Shown here: positions 10,132 through 20,303 of the stretch, piece by piece | Numbering within the stretch: position 1 is the stretch's first letter | How the letters are laid out: each line of letters starts with the position of its first letter | NCBI GenBank assembly: GCA_963817525.1 | Contig: CAWFOU010000007.1 | Coordinates: 896,001-960,000, forward strand | Direction of reading: 5' to 3' | Length of the DNA: 64,000 bases | DNA from: an uncultured archaeon | Lineage (GTDB): Archaea > Thermoproteota > Nitrososphaeria > Nitrososphaerales > Gagatemarchaeaceae | Position numbers and translations under genes: made by a program | The notes under the pieces: generated by a model | The model's input: only the letters and a program-made list of their open reading frames with translations | The model's database searches: none | What the model was told of the DNA's origin: nothing

Positions 10132-11706
10132 GTGCCCAAGACTCCGAAGATCACCTACGTGACGCTCTTCGCAGACGAGAGCATCCACCCGAAGTACGAG
10201 GCCGCCCTGAAGAAGTTCACCTCGACGCAGCTCGGGAAGCACCACAAGATGCACATCGGCGCCAAGGAGGTGGCTTCCGAGGCGGGCGAGTTCGAGCACA
10301 GGAGCCCGATCGACACCTCGATAGTCGTGAGCTACTTCCCGATCGGCCAGAGGGAGCACGCGAAGCAGGCCGTGGACGCCGCGAAGGCCGCGTTCCCGGG
10401 CTGGAGCGCCACCCCGTGGCGTGAGAGGGTGCGGGTCCTCAAGCGGGCCGCCGAGCTCATCGACGAGCGCAAGTTCGAGATAGCCGCAGCGATCACCTAC
10501 GAGGTCGGGAAGAACCGCCTCGAGTCGCTCGCGGAGGCCTGGGAGGCGGTGGACGCCATCAGGCTCTACGCGAAGGTGATGGAGGATAACAAGGGATACG
10601 CCAAGGAGACGGAGGGCGTGGCCGGGGAGCACGGCAAGATAATCGCAAAGCCCCTGGGCGTGTGGCCTGTCATCTCCCCGTTCAACTTCCCCTTCATGCT
10701 GGCCAACGGGATGGCCACGGGCGCGCTCCTGACGGGCAACACGGTCATCCTGAAGCCCACCAGCGAGGCGCCCCTCACCGGCCTCATGCTCTACAAGGCC
10801 TATCGGGACGCGGGCGTCCCCGCGGGCGCCGTGAACCTGGTCACAGGCCCCGGCGCGAACTTCTCGGCCGAGTTCACCGAGAACCGCGACGTCGCGGGCA
10901 TCACGTTCACAGGCTCGAGGTCCGTGGGGATGAGCCTCTACCACGAGTTCCTCACCAACCAGCCCTACGCCAAACCCGTCCTTATGGAGCTGGGGAGCAA
11001 GAACCCCGCCATAATCACGGCCAAGGCCGACCTCAAGAAGGCGGTCGAGGGGGTCGTCCGGGCCGCCTACGGCTACAGCGGGCAAAAGTGCAGCGCCAAC
11101 TCCAGGGTGTACGTCCAGAGCGGGGTGATGGGCGAGTTCCTGGAGATGCTGAAGATGAGGCTCGCCGCCGTCGAGGTCCAGGACCCGAGGGAGAAGAGCG
11201 CGTTCATGGGCCCGATCATCAATCCGGCGGCGGTGGAGACGTTCACAAGTGCGGTCAAGGAGGCGCGGGAGGACGGAGGGGAGGTAGCCTTCGGCGGCAA
11301 AGTCCTCACCAAGGGGGCCTTCCGGAAGGGATACTACGTCCAGCCCACTGTGGTGACCGGCCTCCCGATAGGCCACCCGCTCTTCAAGAAGGAGCTCTTC
11401 GTCCCCCTCCTTGTCGTCGCCGAGTTCAAGACCCTCGAGGAGGCCATAAGGGAGGCCAACGACACCGACTACGGCCTGACCGCCGGCATCTTCAGCGAGG
11501 ACAAGAAGGAGGTGGCGAAGTTCATGGACGAGATCCAGTTCGGGGTCGTCTACGCGAACAGGAGCGGCGGGGCGACCACAGGAGCCTGGCCGGGGCCCCA
11601 ATCGTTCGTTGGGTGGAAGGCGAGCGGCTCGACGGGCAAGGGAATCGGCGGGCCTAGCTACCTCCTGACCTTCCTGAGAGAGCAGTCCCAGACCATCGTC
11701 TCTTAG
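10132..11706 (+). CDS. Aldehyde dehydrogenase, 1-pyrroline-5-carboxylate dehydrogenase-like
   Basis: ISPFNFP, FTGS, ELGSKN, GQKCSA, ELFVP and YGLTAG; the TTGA..QSFVGWKASG tail is typical of the P5CDH subgroup. Confidence 0.85.
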   Translation: MPKTPKITYVTLFADESIHPKYEAALKKFTSTQLGKHHKMHIGAKEVASEAGEFEHRSPIDTSIVVSYFPIGQREHAKQAVDAAKAAFPGWSATPWRERVRVLKRAAELIDERKFEIAAAITYEVGKNRLESLAEAWEAVDAIRLYAKVMEDNKGYAKETEGVAGEHGKIIAKPLGVWPVISPFNFPFMLANGMATGALLTGNTVILKPTSEAPLTGLMLYKAYRDAGVPAGAVNLVTGPGANFSAEFTENRDVAGITFTGSRSVGMSLYHEFLTNQPYAKPVLMELGSKNPAIITAKADLKKAVEGVVRAAYGYSGQKCSANSRVYVQSGVMGEFLEMLKMRLAAVEVQDPREKSAFMGPIINPAAVETFTSAVKEAREDGGEVAFGGKVLTKGAFRKGYYVQPTVVTGLPIGHPLFKKELFVPLLVVAEFKTLEEAIREANDTDYGLTAGIFSEDKKEVAKFMDEIQFGVVYANRSGGATTGAWPGPQSFVGWKASGSTGKGIGGPSYLLTFLREQSQTIVS

Positions 11707-12119
11707 GACGAGGCGTCCTGGCGCCTGGAATACGCGGAGTAGACCAGCGCAGCCATGAGCAGGCCAATCAGGAGCGGAGAGACCGTCCCTACAAGGCTCG
11801 CAGCGCCCTCCCCGGGGATGACCGCCAGGAGCGAGTCCGGCCTCGAACTCCTCGAACCGTTGGCATTCGCGATGGTGATTGGCCCTAGCGCTGGGGAAGA
11901 CGAGCTAGACACGTTCGGCCCGCCGCGACCGATAGCGGGGGCACTCCCAACGCCGGCCTGTCCGTTGGCAAGTTGCACGGAAGTGGTCGTCTCCGTTGCT
12001 TCCACGTGGGAACTGGGGCCGATTGCGGGGTTTGCCTGGGGGAAGGCGGCGACCAGGCCGACCAGCAGCAGGGCTATCGCTAGCCCTCCCACCGCCCCGG
12101 CGAAGAAGCCCGCCTTCAT
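11703..12119 (-). CDS. Hypothetical membrane protein (N- and C-terminal TM segments)
   Basis: Two hydrophobic segments around a Ser/Gly-rich loop; follows the upstream wHTH gene on the same strand. Confidence 0.6.
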   Translation of the reverse strand: MKAGFFAGAVGGLAIALLLVGLVAAFPQANPAIGPSSHVEATETTTSVQLANGQAGVGSAPAIGRGGPNVSSSSSPALGPITIANANGSRSSRPDSLLAVIPGEGAASLVGTVSPLLIGLLMAALVYSAYSRRQDASS

Positions 12120-12170
12120 CTCGCTGCCATCTCCATGTCAAGCGCACCCGGGGTTACTTAATTCCAACAT

Positions 12171-12659
12171 CTAGAACGGCTTCCTCCTCCACAGCCTCGC
12201 GGCCTCGAACCAGAACGCCGCGGCCGCGCCCACCGTCCCGACCAGAGCATACAGGTCCAGGAAGCTATAGTCCTCCACCACGTAGGCGGCCGCTATCGTC
12301 GTGAAGAAGACGGCGTAGAACCCGAGCCTGGGGAGGCTGAACTTCCCCACGTTCACGAATGCCTGGAGTATCCCTGGGTCCACCTTCTTCGTGAGGATGT
12401 AGTTCCCCATCCCGTCCTGCTCGATTATCCCGAGCCGCGAGAGCTTCTCTATGTGGTGGTAGGCGACGCTGGGGCTCGAGAACCCGAGCTCCCGCTGGAC
12501 CTCCCTGACCCCTACTGGCTTGCCCTGCTTCAGGACGTAGAGGTAGACCTTGAGAGTCTTGCCGCGCAGCTCGTACTCGATCCTCGCCTTCTGGTCCTCT
12601 CCCGAGGGCGCTGGGGCTGCCATGGCCTTGGACCTGCGCGTCACCTGCAGATAAGACAT
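12171..12659 (-). CDS. Membrane-anchored winged-helix transcriptional regulator
   Basis: GVREVQRELGFSSPSVAYHHIEKL HTH plus two C-terminal TM helices. Confidence 0.8.
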   Translation of the reverse strand: MSYLQVTRRSKAMAAPAPSGEDQKARIEYELRGKTLKVYLYVLKQGKPVGVREVQRELGFSSPSVAYHHIEKLSRLGIIEQDGMGNYILTKKVDPGILQAFVNVGKFSLPRLGFYAVFFTTIAAAYVVEDYSFLDLYALVGTVGAAAAFWFEAARLWRRKPF

Positions 12660-12696
12660 ATACCTCTTATGGAGGGCTCAGGGAAGGCGCCGCCGG

Positions 12697-13542
12697 TTGA
12701 CCCTCGCGGGGAAGAGGATTTGCGTGGCGGTCCCTGACACGGTCCTCGAGGAGCACGACTCGACCCGGGAGAAGACCGCGAAGCTCGGGCAGATTGCGAG
12801 GTACTGCGCCATATTCGGGGTTGACAAGGTCAGGGTGTTCAACGATCCCCGCGGGAGGGGCGAGTCGGCCTTCATCCGGAAGGTCCTCGAGTACCTGGAG
12901 ACGCCCCAGTACCTCCGCAAGCGCCTCTTCCCCATCAGCGAGGACCTGAAGTACGCGGGCCTCCTCCCGCCCCTCCGCATCCCATCGCATAAGCCGAAGG
13001 TCCCCCTCGCGGGCCTCCGGCCGGGGGAGCTCAGGGAGGGGGTGGTGCTCGGCGACGGCCTCACCGTCGACGCCGGGCTAGACTTCCCCGTCACCCTCAG
13101 GAACAAGCAGGCGCCGCAGAGGCGGCTCACCGTGAAGATAACCTCCGTCTCCCCCTCCGGGGTGGCCGGGGTGCCCGCCGACCCGCGTGAGGTCAAGGCG
13201 TACTGGGGCTACTCCGTCGAGGTCTCCGGGGCCACCGCGATGCTCGCCGACCCCGCGTTCACGCTCAAGGTGGCCACGTCCCGCCTCGGCGACCCCGTCG
13301 GGCGCGTGGCGAGGGGCCTGCGCATCGACCTCCATGGCTCAGGGGGACTGATGCTCATCTTCGGCTCGCCTTCAAGGGGCCTCTTCGACACGATAGGCAA
13401 GGACCTGCGCAGCAGGGTGGGCTACGTGGTAAACCTGTTCCCGGAGCGGAACGTGGTCACCGCGCGCTCCGAGGAGGCCATACTCTCTGCCCTCTACCTT
13501 GTCGCGCTCCTCGCCGCCCCAGAACTCCCACCCTTCGTCTGA
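12697..13542 (+). CDS. SPOUT-class RNA methyltransferase (DUF171/MTH1 type)
   Basis: KLGQIARYCAIFGV, YLETPQYLRK, GLLPPLRIPSH, YWGY, FGSP and TARSEEA. Confidence 0.88.
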   Translation: MTLAGKRICVAVPDTVLEEHDSTREKTAKLGQIARYCAIFGVDKVRVFNDPRGRGESAFIRKVLEYLETPQYLRKRLFPISEDLKYAGLLPPLRIPSHKPKVPLAGLRPGELREGVVLGDGLTVDAGLDFPVTLRNKQAPQRRLTVKITSVSPSGVAGVPADPREVKAYWGYSVEVSGATAMLADPAFTLKVATSRLGDPVGRVARGLRIDLHGSGGLMLIFGSPSRGLFDTIGKDLRSRVGYVVNLFPERNVVTARSEEAILSALYLVALLAAPELPPFV

Positions 13543-13709
13543 AGTCGAAGAAGCTCGGAACCCTCCCGAAAATTGCGTAAAAGCAGCGTTTTTGACGCGG
13601 TTTGGGCAATGTTTTTATCATGTTGAAGCTACTCGTTCTGTTTTACAGGTATCCGGTGGTTTAGATTTCCAGTCTGACGCAAAGAAAGACGGTCGAACTC
13701 AAGAGCTAC

Positions 13710-16001
13710 ATGCCCCTGCCTACTTCGAGGTCCAGGGAGTTCTGGACCAAGTGGAAGATCCTCCACATCAGGCAGCTCGCGGAGACCGGGCGAGCCACCA
13801 GCGAGCTCTGGCTCCCGGAGGCCGAGAGGACTGGCAGGGCGCTCGACCAGATCTACCTCAAGCGCACGGACGCGCCGAGGCAGGGGGTCACGGCCGACAC
13901 CTCCATCCGCTTCGCGGCGGGCTCTCCCCTTAGGCTCTCCTCGCCGATGTACCTGGGCGACATGTCCTTCGGCGCGCTCTCGGGCGTCCCGAACGCCGCC
14001 ATCGCAAAGGCCGCAGACCTCACGGGGATAATGGCGGGCACGGGCGAAGGGGGCCTCCTGAAGGAGGTCGCCGAGTGCAGCAGGATAACCGTCCAGTGGG
14101 CGTCGGCCAGGTTCGGCGTCGACGCAAGCACGCTCACAAAAGGCCAGGCGGTCGTGATCAAGATAGGCCAGGGGGCCAAGCCGGGGATCGGCGGCCACCT
14201 CCCGGGCGTCAAGGTCACCACGCCCATCTCGGAGACGAGGCGCATCCCCTTGGGCACGGACGCCATCTCCCCAGCGCCCCACCACGACATCTACTCGATA
14301 GAGGACCTTGGGCAGCGGATCCTGGGCCTGAAGGAGGCCACCAAGAAGCCTGTCTTCGTGAAGGTCGGCGCCACGAACTACATCCCCTACATCGCGTCGG
14401 GGGTGGCGAGGATGGGCGCCGCTGGGATAATCATCGACGGAGCGGGCGCGGGGACGGGAGCGGCCCCCTCGGTGGTCAAGAACAACGTCGGGGTCCCCAT
14501 CGAGCTGGCCATAGCGTCCGTGGACTCTATCCTGAGGCGCGAGGGGCTCAGGGACAACTTCACAGTCATCGCCGCGGGGAGGGTGAGCACCCCGGAGGAC
14601 TCGGCGAAGCTCATCGCCCTCGGCGCGGACGTCACCAGCGTGGGCACGGGAGCCTTGCTCGCGATAGGGTGCCTCATGGTGCACAAGTGCCACCTGGGCT
14701 TCTGCCCCGCCATACTCACCAACAAGATCTCCGACAGCCCGGTCAGGACGCTGTCCTTCGACCAGTCGGTGACCTGGCTCGCCAACATGGTGAGGGGCTG
14801 GACCGAGGAGCTGAAGCTGATAATGGAGGCGATGGGCGTGTCGAACCTCGAGGAGCTGAGGTCTCGGCGCGACCTCCTCTTCCACAACGGAACCCTCAAC
14901 TCCGAGACCCTCAAGATACTGGGCGTCGAGACCAACCTGCACACCTCCGCGCCTTCGCCCGCTCCTTCCAGGGCGCCTCCGAGGGGCGCGGACCTCTGGG
15001 ACCCCACCAGGTCCACCGCGCTATGGGAGCTCTCCGGGACGACGGGCAAGTCCCCCGGCGAGGCCCAGATATCGAGCATGGGCTCCATCGGGCCGCCCTT
15101 CGTCGATGCACCCTCCAGGCTGGCGGACTGGGTGGTGACCGACGGGGCGCAGGTCACGCGGCCTAGCATCGACCCCTACCGCGAGGAGATCGAGATCGTC
15201 AACTACCTCGCCCAGGGGAGGATAAGGCTCGCCGCGCCGTTCTTCTTCACACACCTCCCCGAGAGGGTGCCGGACAGCATCCGGACCATCTTCGCGAGGA
15301 CGGCCTCCGCGATGGGGCTCCTCTACGACGACTCCACGGGCAGGCTCAACGGGGGCAGATACCCAGGGCGGGTGATAGCCCCGGCCAACGGGCACGACTC
15401 GGGCTCGATGATCACCTTCGTCGACCTGAAGGAGCAAGCCTCCGGGGTCTCCGTCCCGAGGGAAGGCAACGGGAAGCAGGGTTCCGTCTACCTGAGGATC
15501 CCGTCCTCGACGGCTGCGCTCGAGTGGGTGCGCTCGAACCTCCAGGGCCTCGAGGCCTACCGGGGCTTCCTCGTCGACGAGGACGACGAGGAGAGCGACC
15601 TCCAGCTTGAGCTCTCCGTCTCCAAGCTCGACCGCGACCTCATCGAGAAGGACGTGAGGTGGAAGTTCGACATCCTCGCCGAGGGCAACATGGTGAGGGG
15701 CTCGGAGGACATCGTGAAGCTAGTGGCCATGGGGGCGGACTGCGTGGGGTTCGGCAAGGCCGCGCTCGTCGCGGTCGGGTTCGAGGACGACCAGGAGGTC
15801 GTCATCGACATGCAGAAGCTCACCGACCACCTTGAGAACCTCGTCGTCGCGTTCGTCAAAGACATCAAGCTGCTCGCGGGCGCCGCCGGCATGAGCAGCG
15901 TGGCCTCCTCGCTCGTGGGCAACAGGGAGATACTCAGGACGGTGGGGCTCGACCCGGCCATACGAAAGGAGCTGGGCATCAAGCCCGCGGGAGCGGCGTG
16001 A
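13710..16001 (+). CDS. FMN-binding glutamate synthase family protein (intact domain plus a degenerate second copy)
   Basis: MSFGALS, GTGEGG, QWASARFGV, KIGQGAKPGIGGHLPG, SPAPHHDIYSIEDL and the 3Fe-4S motif CLMVHKCHLGFCP. A second repeat starts at QVTRPSIDPYRE. Confidence 0.9.
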   Translation: MPLPTSRSREFWTKWKILHIRQLAETGRATSELWLPEAERTGRALDQIYLKRTDAPRQGVTADTSIRFAAGSPLRLSSPMYLGDMSFGALSGVPNAAIAKAADLTGIMAGTGEGGLLKEVAECSRITVQWASARFGVDASTLTKGQAVVIKIGQGAKPGIGGHLPGVKVTTPISETRRIPLGTDAISPAPHHDIYSIEDLGQRILGLKEATKKPVFVKVGATNYIPYIASGVARMGAAGIIIDGAGAGTGAAPSVVKNNVGVPIELAIASVDSILRREGLRDNFTVIAAGRVSTPEDSAKLIALGADVTSVGTGALLAIGCLMVHKCHLGFCPAILTNKISDSPVRTLSFDQSVTWLANMVRGWTEELKLIMEAMGVSNLEELRSRRDLLFHNGTLNSETLKILGVETNLHTSAPSPAPSRAPPRGADLWDPTRSTALWELSGTTGKSPGEAQISSMGSIGPPFVDAPSRLADWVVTDGAQVTRPSIDPYREEIEIVNYLAQGRIRLAAPFFFTHLPERVPDSIRTIFARTASAMGLLYDDSTGRLNGGRYPGRVIAPANGHDSGSMITFVDLKEQASGVSVPREGNGKQGSVYLRIPSSTAALEWVRSNLQGLEAYRGFLVDEDDEESDLQLELSVSKLDRDLIEKDVRWKFDILAEGNMVRGSEDIVKLVAMGADCVGFGKAALVAVGFEDDQEVVIDMQKLTDHLENLVVAFVKDIKLLAGAAGMSSVASSLVGNREILRTVGLDPAIRKELGIKPAGAA

Positions 16002-18208
16002 GAAGCGACATGGCCGAGTACCCTACCTACGACACCACCTACGGCCAGCCCATCTACAAGGACGGCTGCGGTATCTTCGGCGTGATCAGGAAGGACCGCG
16101 CCCCCAAGGTCTCCAACCTCGACGCCCTCACGGGCATCGCGTGCATAAAGTACAGGGGGAGCGACCTCGGGGCGGGCTTCGCGCTCTTCGACCCCTCTCT
16201 CAGCAGCGGAGGGCAGACCCACAAGATAAAGGCCTTCGTCAGGAACCAGACCATCGCCGACAACCTCCAGGACCAGCTCGCGGCTTCGGTCAACTCCCCG
16301 AGGGACGTGAGCCTCCTGATTCCTGACGGGGTCACCGGGAGGGAGCGCTTCGGGATCTGGGAGGGGAGCCTCAGCACGTCCGACAACCCGACGCTGGAGA
16401 GGACCATCGACAGCATAAACGGGGAGCTCCTCTCCGACGGCAAGATAGACGGGCGCATCTTCTCCTACGGCAGGTACCTCGATGTCTTCAAGGAGGTTGG
16501 GTTCCCGCTGGAGGTCGCGAAGGAATACCACCTGGACGCTGACACGAAGAAGGCCGACGTCTGGATAGCCCACACGAGGCAGCCGACCAACTCTCCGGGT
16601 CGCTACCCGATATGGTCGCACCCCTTCGCCTCGATGGACACGGCCATCGCGCACAATGGGGACATCAGCTCCTACGGGGCCAACCTCGAGCAGCTCAACT
16701 CTTGGGGCCTGCGCAGCCACGTGGGGACGGACAGCGAGGTCATCGCGCGCCTCCTCGACCACCTCGTGCGCGTGGAGGGGCTCTCGCTCTTCGAGGCCGC
16801 CACGCTGCTCACCAACCCCTTTGAGAGGCAGTTCTCTCCGGAGGTCCGCAAGCTGCTAATAAGATACAGGGGTGCGCGCCTCGACGGGCCCTTCGCAGTG
16901 GTCGCCGGCTTCTGCGACGGGAACGACACCTACCTCTTGGCGCTCACCGACAGGTCCAAGTTCCGCCCCCTCCTCGTCGGGGAGGACGGAGGGAGGTTCT
17001 ACGTCGCGAGCGAGGAGAACCAGATCAGGAACCTCTCCAAGGACGCGGTCGTCTGGGCCCCCGAGCCTGGCTCCTTCTTCCTCGCCTCGGTCAAGAAGGG
17101 GATAATCGAACCGGGCACCAAGAGGAAGATCTACTCGTTCCAGACGGGAGGGAGCGTCAGCGGAGTGGCCTCGGCCTTCGGCAGCTACTCGCGCCCGCAG
17201 CGAGAGTCCGTCGCCTCCCGCTCCGCCGACTCGGTCGCGGTCCTCGACTCCTCCGGCGTGGGCTTTAGCGAGATCAACGAGTTCCTCCGCAAGGCCTACC
17301 GCGCAGGGAGCGAAAGCGTGAGGATAGACAACGTGAGCGGGCAGAGGTATCTCGGCATCGGGTTCTCCACGAAGCAGGAGGACGGGACCAGACGGAAGTT
17401 CAAGGTAGAGCTCAACGGCTACCCCGGGAACTGCCTCGCCAACCTCAACGACGGCGTCACCTACGAGGTCCACGGGAACGTCTCCGACGACCTCGCTGAC
17501 ACCATGCACGGGGGCTCGGTGATAATCCACGGGAGCGCCAGGGACGTCGCGGGCCAGACCCTCCAGGGCGGGCGCATCTTCGTCAGGGGGTCGGTCGGGA
17601 ACAGGGCCGCGATCCAGATGCGCGAGTACAAGCAGGCGAGGCCGTTCTTCGTCGTGGGCGAGACCGCGGACGACTACCTCGGCGAGTACATGGCGGGCGG
17701 GGTGCTCGCTGTCCTCAACCTCTTGGGTTCCGACAGGCCCGTGGGCAAGTTCGCCGCGACCGGCCTCGTCGGCGGGACGCTCTACATCAGGGGAGAGGTC
17801 GACCCCACCCAGCTCGGGCTCCCCCCGAGCTCCGAGGACGTCCTAGCGTACCTCCGGACGTGCGTGTTGGACGGCACCCTCTCGAAGGACGCCTTCGAGG
17901 CGGTCTCGAAGCTCCGATACCCGAGCGACCATGACATGGCCCCGCTGCTCCCCGCGCCGCTCCTCGCGAGGGTCCGCTTCCTCTTCTTCACCAGCAAGTA
18001 CACGAAGCCTCTCGTAAGGGAGTACAGGAACCTGAACCCGGCCGACCTCGAGGTGCTCGCGGGCGTGCTAGAGTCGTTCTTCCAGACCTTCGGCCTCCCA
18101 CGCTCCATGCTCGACTCCGTCCTGGCCTCGAAGTTCACCATCCTGAAGGCGGGAGACCAGAAGGTCGCGACCCCCATCCCTCCGCAGGAAATCCCCGTGG
18201 AAGAGTAG
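15998..18208 (+). CDS. Glutamate synthase glutamine amidotransferase domain fused to GXGXG domain
   Basis: CGIFG, HTRQPTN, HPF, HNGDI and TDSEV (class II GATase); GXGXG repeats and GEYMAGG. Confidence 0.88.
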   Translation: MRSDMAEYPTYDTTYGQPIYKDGCGIFGVIRKDRAPKVSNLDALTGIACIKYRGSDLGAGFALFDPSLSSGGQTHKIKAFVRNQTIADNLQDQLAASVNSPRDVSLLIPDGVTGRERFGIWEGSLSTSDNPTLERTIDSINGELLSDGKIDGRIFSYGRYLDVFKEVGFPLEVAKEYHLDADTKKADVWIAHTRQPTNSPGRYPIWSHPFASMDTAIAHNGDISSYGANLEQLNSWGLRSHVGTDSEVIARLLDHLVRVEGLSLFEAATLLTNPFERQFSPEVRKLLIRYRGARLDGPFAVVAGFCDGNDTYLLALTDRSKFRPLLVGEDGGRFYVASEENQIRNLSKDAVVWAPEPGSFFLASVKKGIIEPGTKRKIYSFQTGGSVSGVASAFGSYSRPQRESVASRSADSVAVLDSSGVGFSEINEFLRKAYRAGSESVRIDNVSGQRYLGIGFSTKQEDGTRRKFKVELNGYPGNCLANLNDGVTYEVHGNVSDDLADTMHGGSVIIHGSARDVAGQTLQGGRIFVRGSVGNRAAIQMREYKQARPFFVVGETADDYLGEYMAGGVLAVLNLLGSDRPVGKFAATGLVGGTLYIRGEVDPTQLGLPPSSEDVLAYLRTCVLDGTLSKDAFEAVSKLRYPSDHDMAPLLPAPLLARVRFLFFTSKYTKPLVREYRNLNPADLEVLAGVLESFFQTFGLPRSMLDSVLASKFTILKAGDQKVATPIPPQEIPVEE

Positions 18209-18230
18209 GACACTGTCCTCGAAAGAGTAG

Positions 18231-19226
18231 TTGGAGGTAATCGACATGCCGAGCAAGACCGAAGACCTCTGGTGGCTGTTCACCCGCCAGACAATCAGGG
18301 TCACCCCGCGGCAGAGCGTCCTCTCCGCCTCGACGATCATGCACAGGAGGAACTTCAGGCACCTCCCTGTGGTCGACGAGAAGGGCAGGATCATGGGCAT
18401 GATCTCCGCCCAGGACATCATAGACTCGCTGAACTTCGCCTTCTCCAGGGAAGAGGTGACGACGAGGGAGGTGATCGACTCGCTAGAGATCCCGGTGGAG
18501 CGCATCATGGTCTACAACAGCATCTGCGTGGAGCCGGGGGACGGCCTCTCGGAGATCACCAAGAAGATGACCTTCCACAACCTCGGCGGCATGCCCGTGG
18601 TCGACGAGCAGGGCGTCGTGAGGGGGATCATAACGCTCAGGGACCTGGTCGGGCTGATGGGGACCAGCTCCGACGAGATAGGCGTCCCCGTCTCGGAGAT
18701 AATGAACACGAACATCGTGACCATCTCCCCGGACGCCTACCTCTCCACCGCCGTCCGCCTGATGTCCGAGAACAGGGTCAGGCGCCTCCCGGTCCTCCCT
18801 GCCCAAGGGGAGGGGGACGGCGTCCCGAAGGGCATCCTCTCCAACAAGGACGCCCTGAGCCACGTCTCCAAGTTCGCCCCCAGGGGGCCGCCCGACGCGG
18901 GAGGAGGCCAGACCTGGAGCGTCCCCACGAAGTTCGACGTCCCGATCTCCGAATTCATGACCAGGGACGTCATCACCGTGGGCAAGGACGACGACATCAG
19001 GGTCGCGGCCTCCAAGATGATGATCTTCGGGATAGGCGGGCTGGTCGTGGACGACTTCGCCCCCGGACGGGTCGCCCTGGTGACGGAGAGGGACCTCATC
19101 AGGACTCTCTCGAGGAAGAAGGGCAACTCCGTCCTGATGACGGCGCTCCAGTTCGAGCTGGAGGTCGAGAAGGCCAAGGCGCGCTCCTCGGCGGGGCACG
19201 GCGCTGGCCAACGCTCCCACGCCTGA
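18231..19226 (+). CDS. CBS domain protein (four CBS repeats)
   Basis: FRHLPVVD, GGMPVVD, VRRLPV and IGGLVV repeats, each followed by ISxxD/ITxRD-type motifs. Confidence 0.85.
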   Translation: MEVIDMPSKTEDLWWLFTRQTIRVTPRQSVLSASTIMHRRNFRHLPVVDEKGRIMGMISAQDIIDSLNFAFSREEVTTREVIDSLEIPVERIMVYNSICVEPGDGLSEITKKMTFHNLGGMPVVDEQGVVRGIITLRDLVGLMGTSSDEIGVPVSEIMNTNIVTISPDAYLSTAVRLMSENRVRRLPVLPAQGEGDGVPKGILSNKDALSHVSKFAPRGPPDAGGGQTWSVPTKFDVPISEFMTRDVITVGKDDDIRVAASKMMIFGIGGLVVDDFAPGRVALVTERDLIRTLSRKKGNSVLMTALQFELEVEKAKARSSAGHGAGQRSHA

Positions 19227-19293
19227 CGTCCCGCAGCGACGCGAAAGTTTAAAGACTTAAGAAAAATCCGGGTTCCTTCCCAAGTGAGCTTGG

Positions 19294-20299
19294 ATGGGTC
19301 ATAGGAAACATAGTGCACCACGCAGAGGAAGCCTCGCATACATCCCCAGGGGGAGGGTCGGCGACTTCTTCCCGACCGTGCACAACTGGCCGAAGATCAA
19401 GAGCGCGTCGCCCATCCTTCTCGGTCTTCCGGCTGTCAAGGTAAGCACGATTCACACGATCACACTGGACGACAGGGAGAAGACGCCCAACTTCGGCAAG
19501 CCGCGCTTCAACCCGACCAGCGTCCTCGCAGTGCCGGACACCGCGGTGGTGGGCTTCCGGCTCTACAAGAGGGAGAACGGCGCGGAGAGCGCCGTCGGAG
19601 AGGTCTACGCGAAGAGCCTCCCGAAGGGCGTCGAGAAGAAGTCGAGCGTCGACCCGGAGAAGTTCATCGAGGCTTGGAAACCCAAGCTCTCGGGCCTGAC
19701 TCGCATCTCCGCTATCCTGGCGATGACCCCCAGGGACGCGGGAATTTCGCAGAAGGTGCCGATAGTATTCGAGGTGGGCATCGGAGGCGGGCGACCTCGC
19801 GGCGCAGTTCGACTACGCCGGGAAGGTCCTGGGCAAGGCGGTCAAGTTCTCGGAGGTCTTCAAGGCTGGCGGCTACGTCGACGTGATAGGCGTGACAAAG
19901 GGCCACGGCTACGAGGGCCCCGTGACCAGGATGGGGATCAAGAGGAAGCAGCACAAGTCGAGGAAGAGCGTGAGGGCGGTGGGAGTCATAGGCCCCTGGC
20001 ACCCGGCGGCGGTCATGTACACCGTCGCGAGGGCGGGGCAGCACGGCTTCCACCAGAGGACGGAGACGGGCAAGAGGATACTCAGCATCTCCAACGCCAA
20101 GGACGCGCCCATCACCCCGAAGGGCGGCTTCGAGCACTTTGGCGAGCTCAACACCGACTACGCGCTGGTCCGTGGGAGCGTCCCAGGGACCAACAGGCGC
20201 GTCGTGGTGGTGAGGCACCCGACCAGGCCGCACCCCAAGGCCAAGACGGCGCCCGTCCAGGTCTTAGAGATAAGCACCAAGCTAGGAGCGAGGAAGTAG
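19294..20299 (+). CDS. rpl3: 50S ribosomal protein L3, one apparent frameshift near 19790
   Basis: MGHRKHSAPRRGSL N-terminus; the C-half VTKGHGYEGPVTR..GPWHP..TVARAGQHGFHQRT is in the next frame. Extra G in GGC-GGG-CGAC. Confidence 0.92.
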
Positions 20300-20303
20300 C
20301 GCC

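Noticed and set aside
10084-11657. Long antisense or alternate-frame ORFs (for example 10084-11601, 13629-14942, 53342-54364)
   Set aside because: These are shadow ORFs of high-GC coding sequence that overlap well-supported genes and have no motifs.
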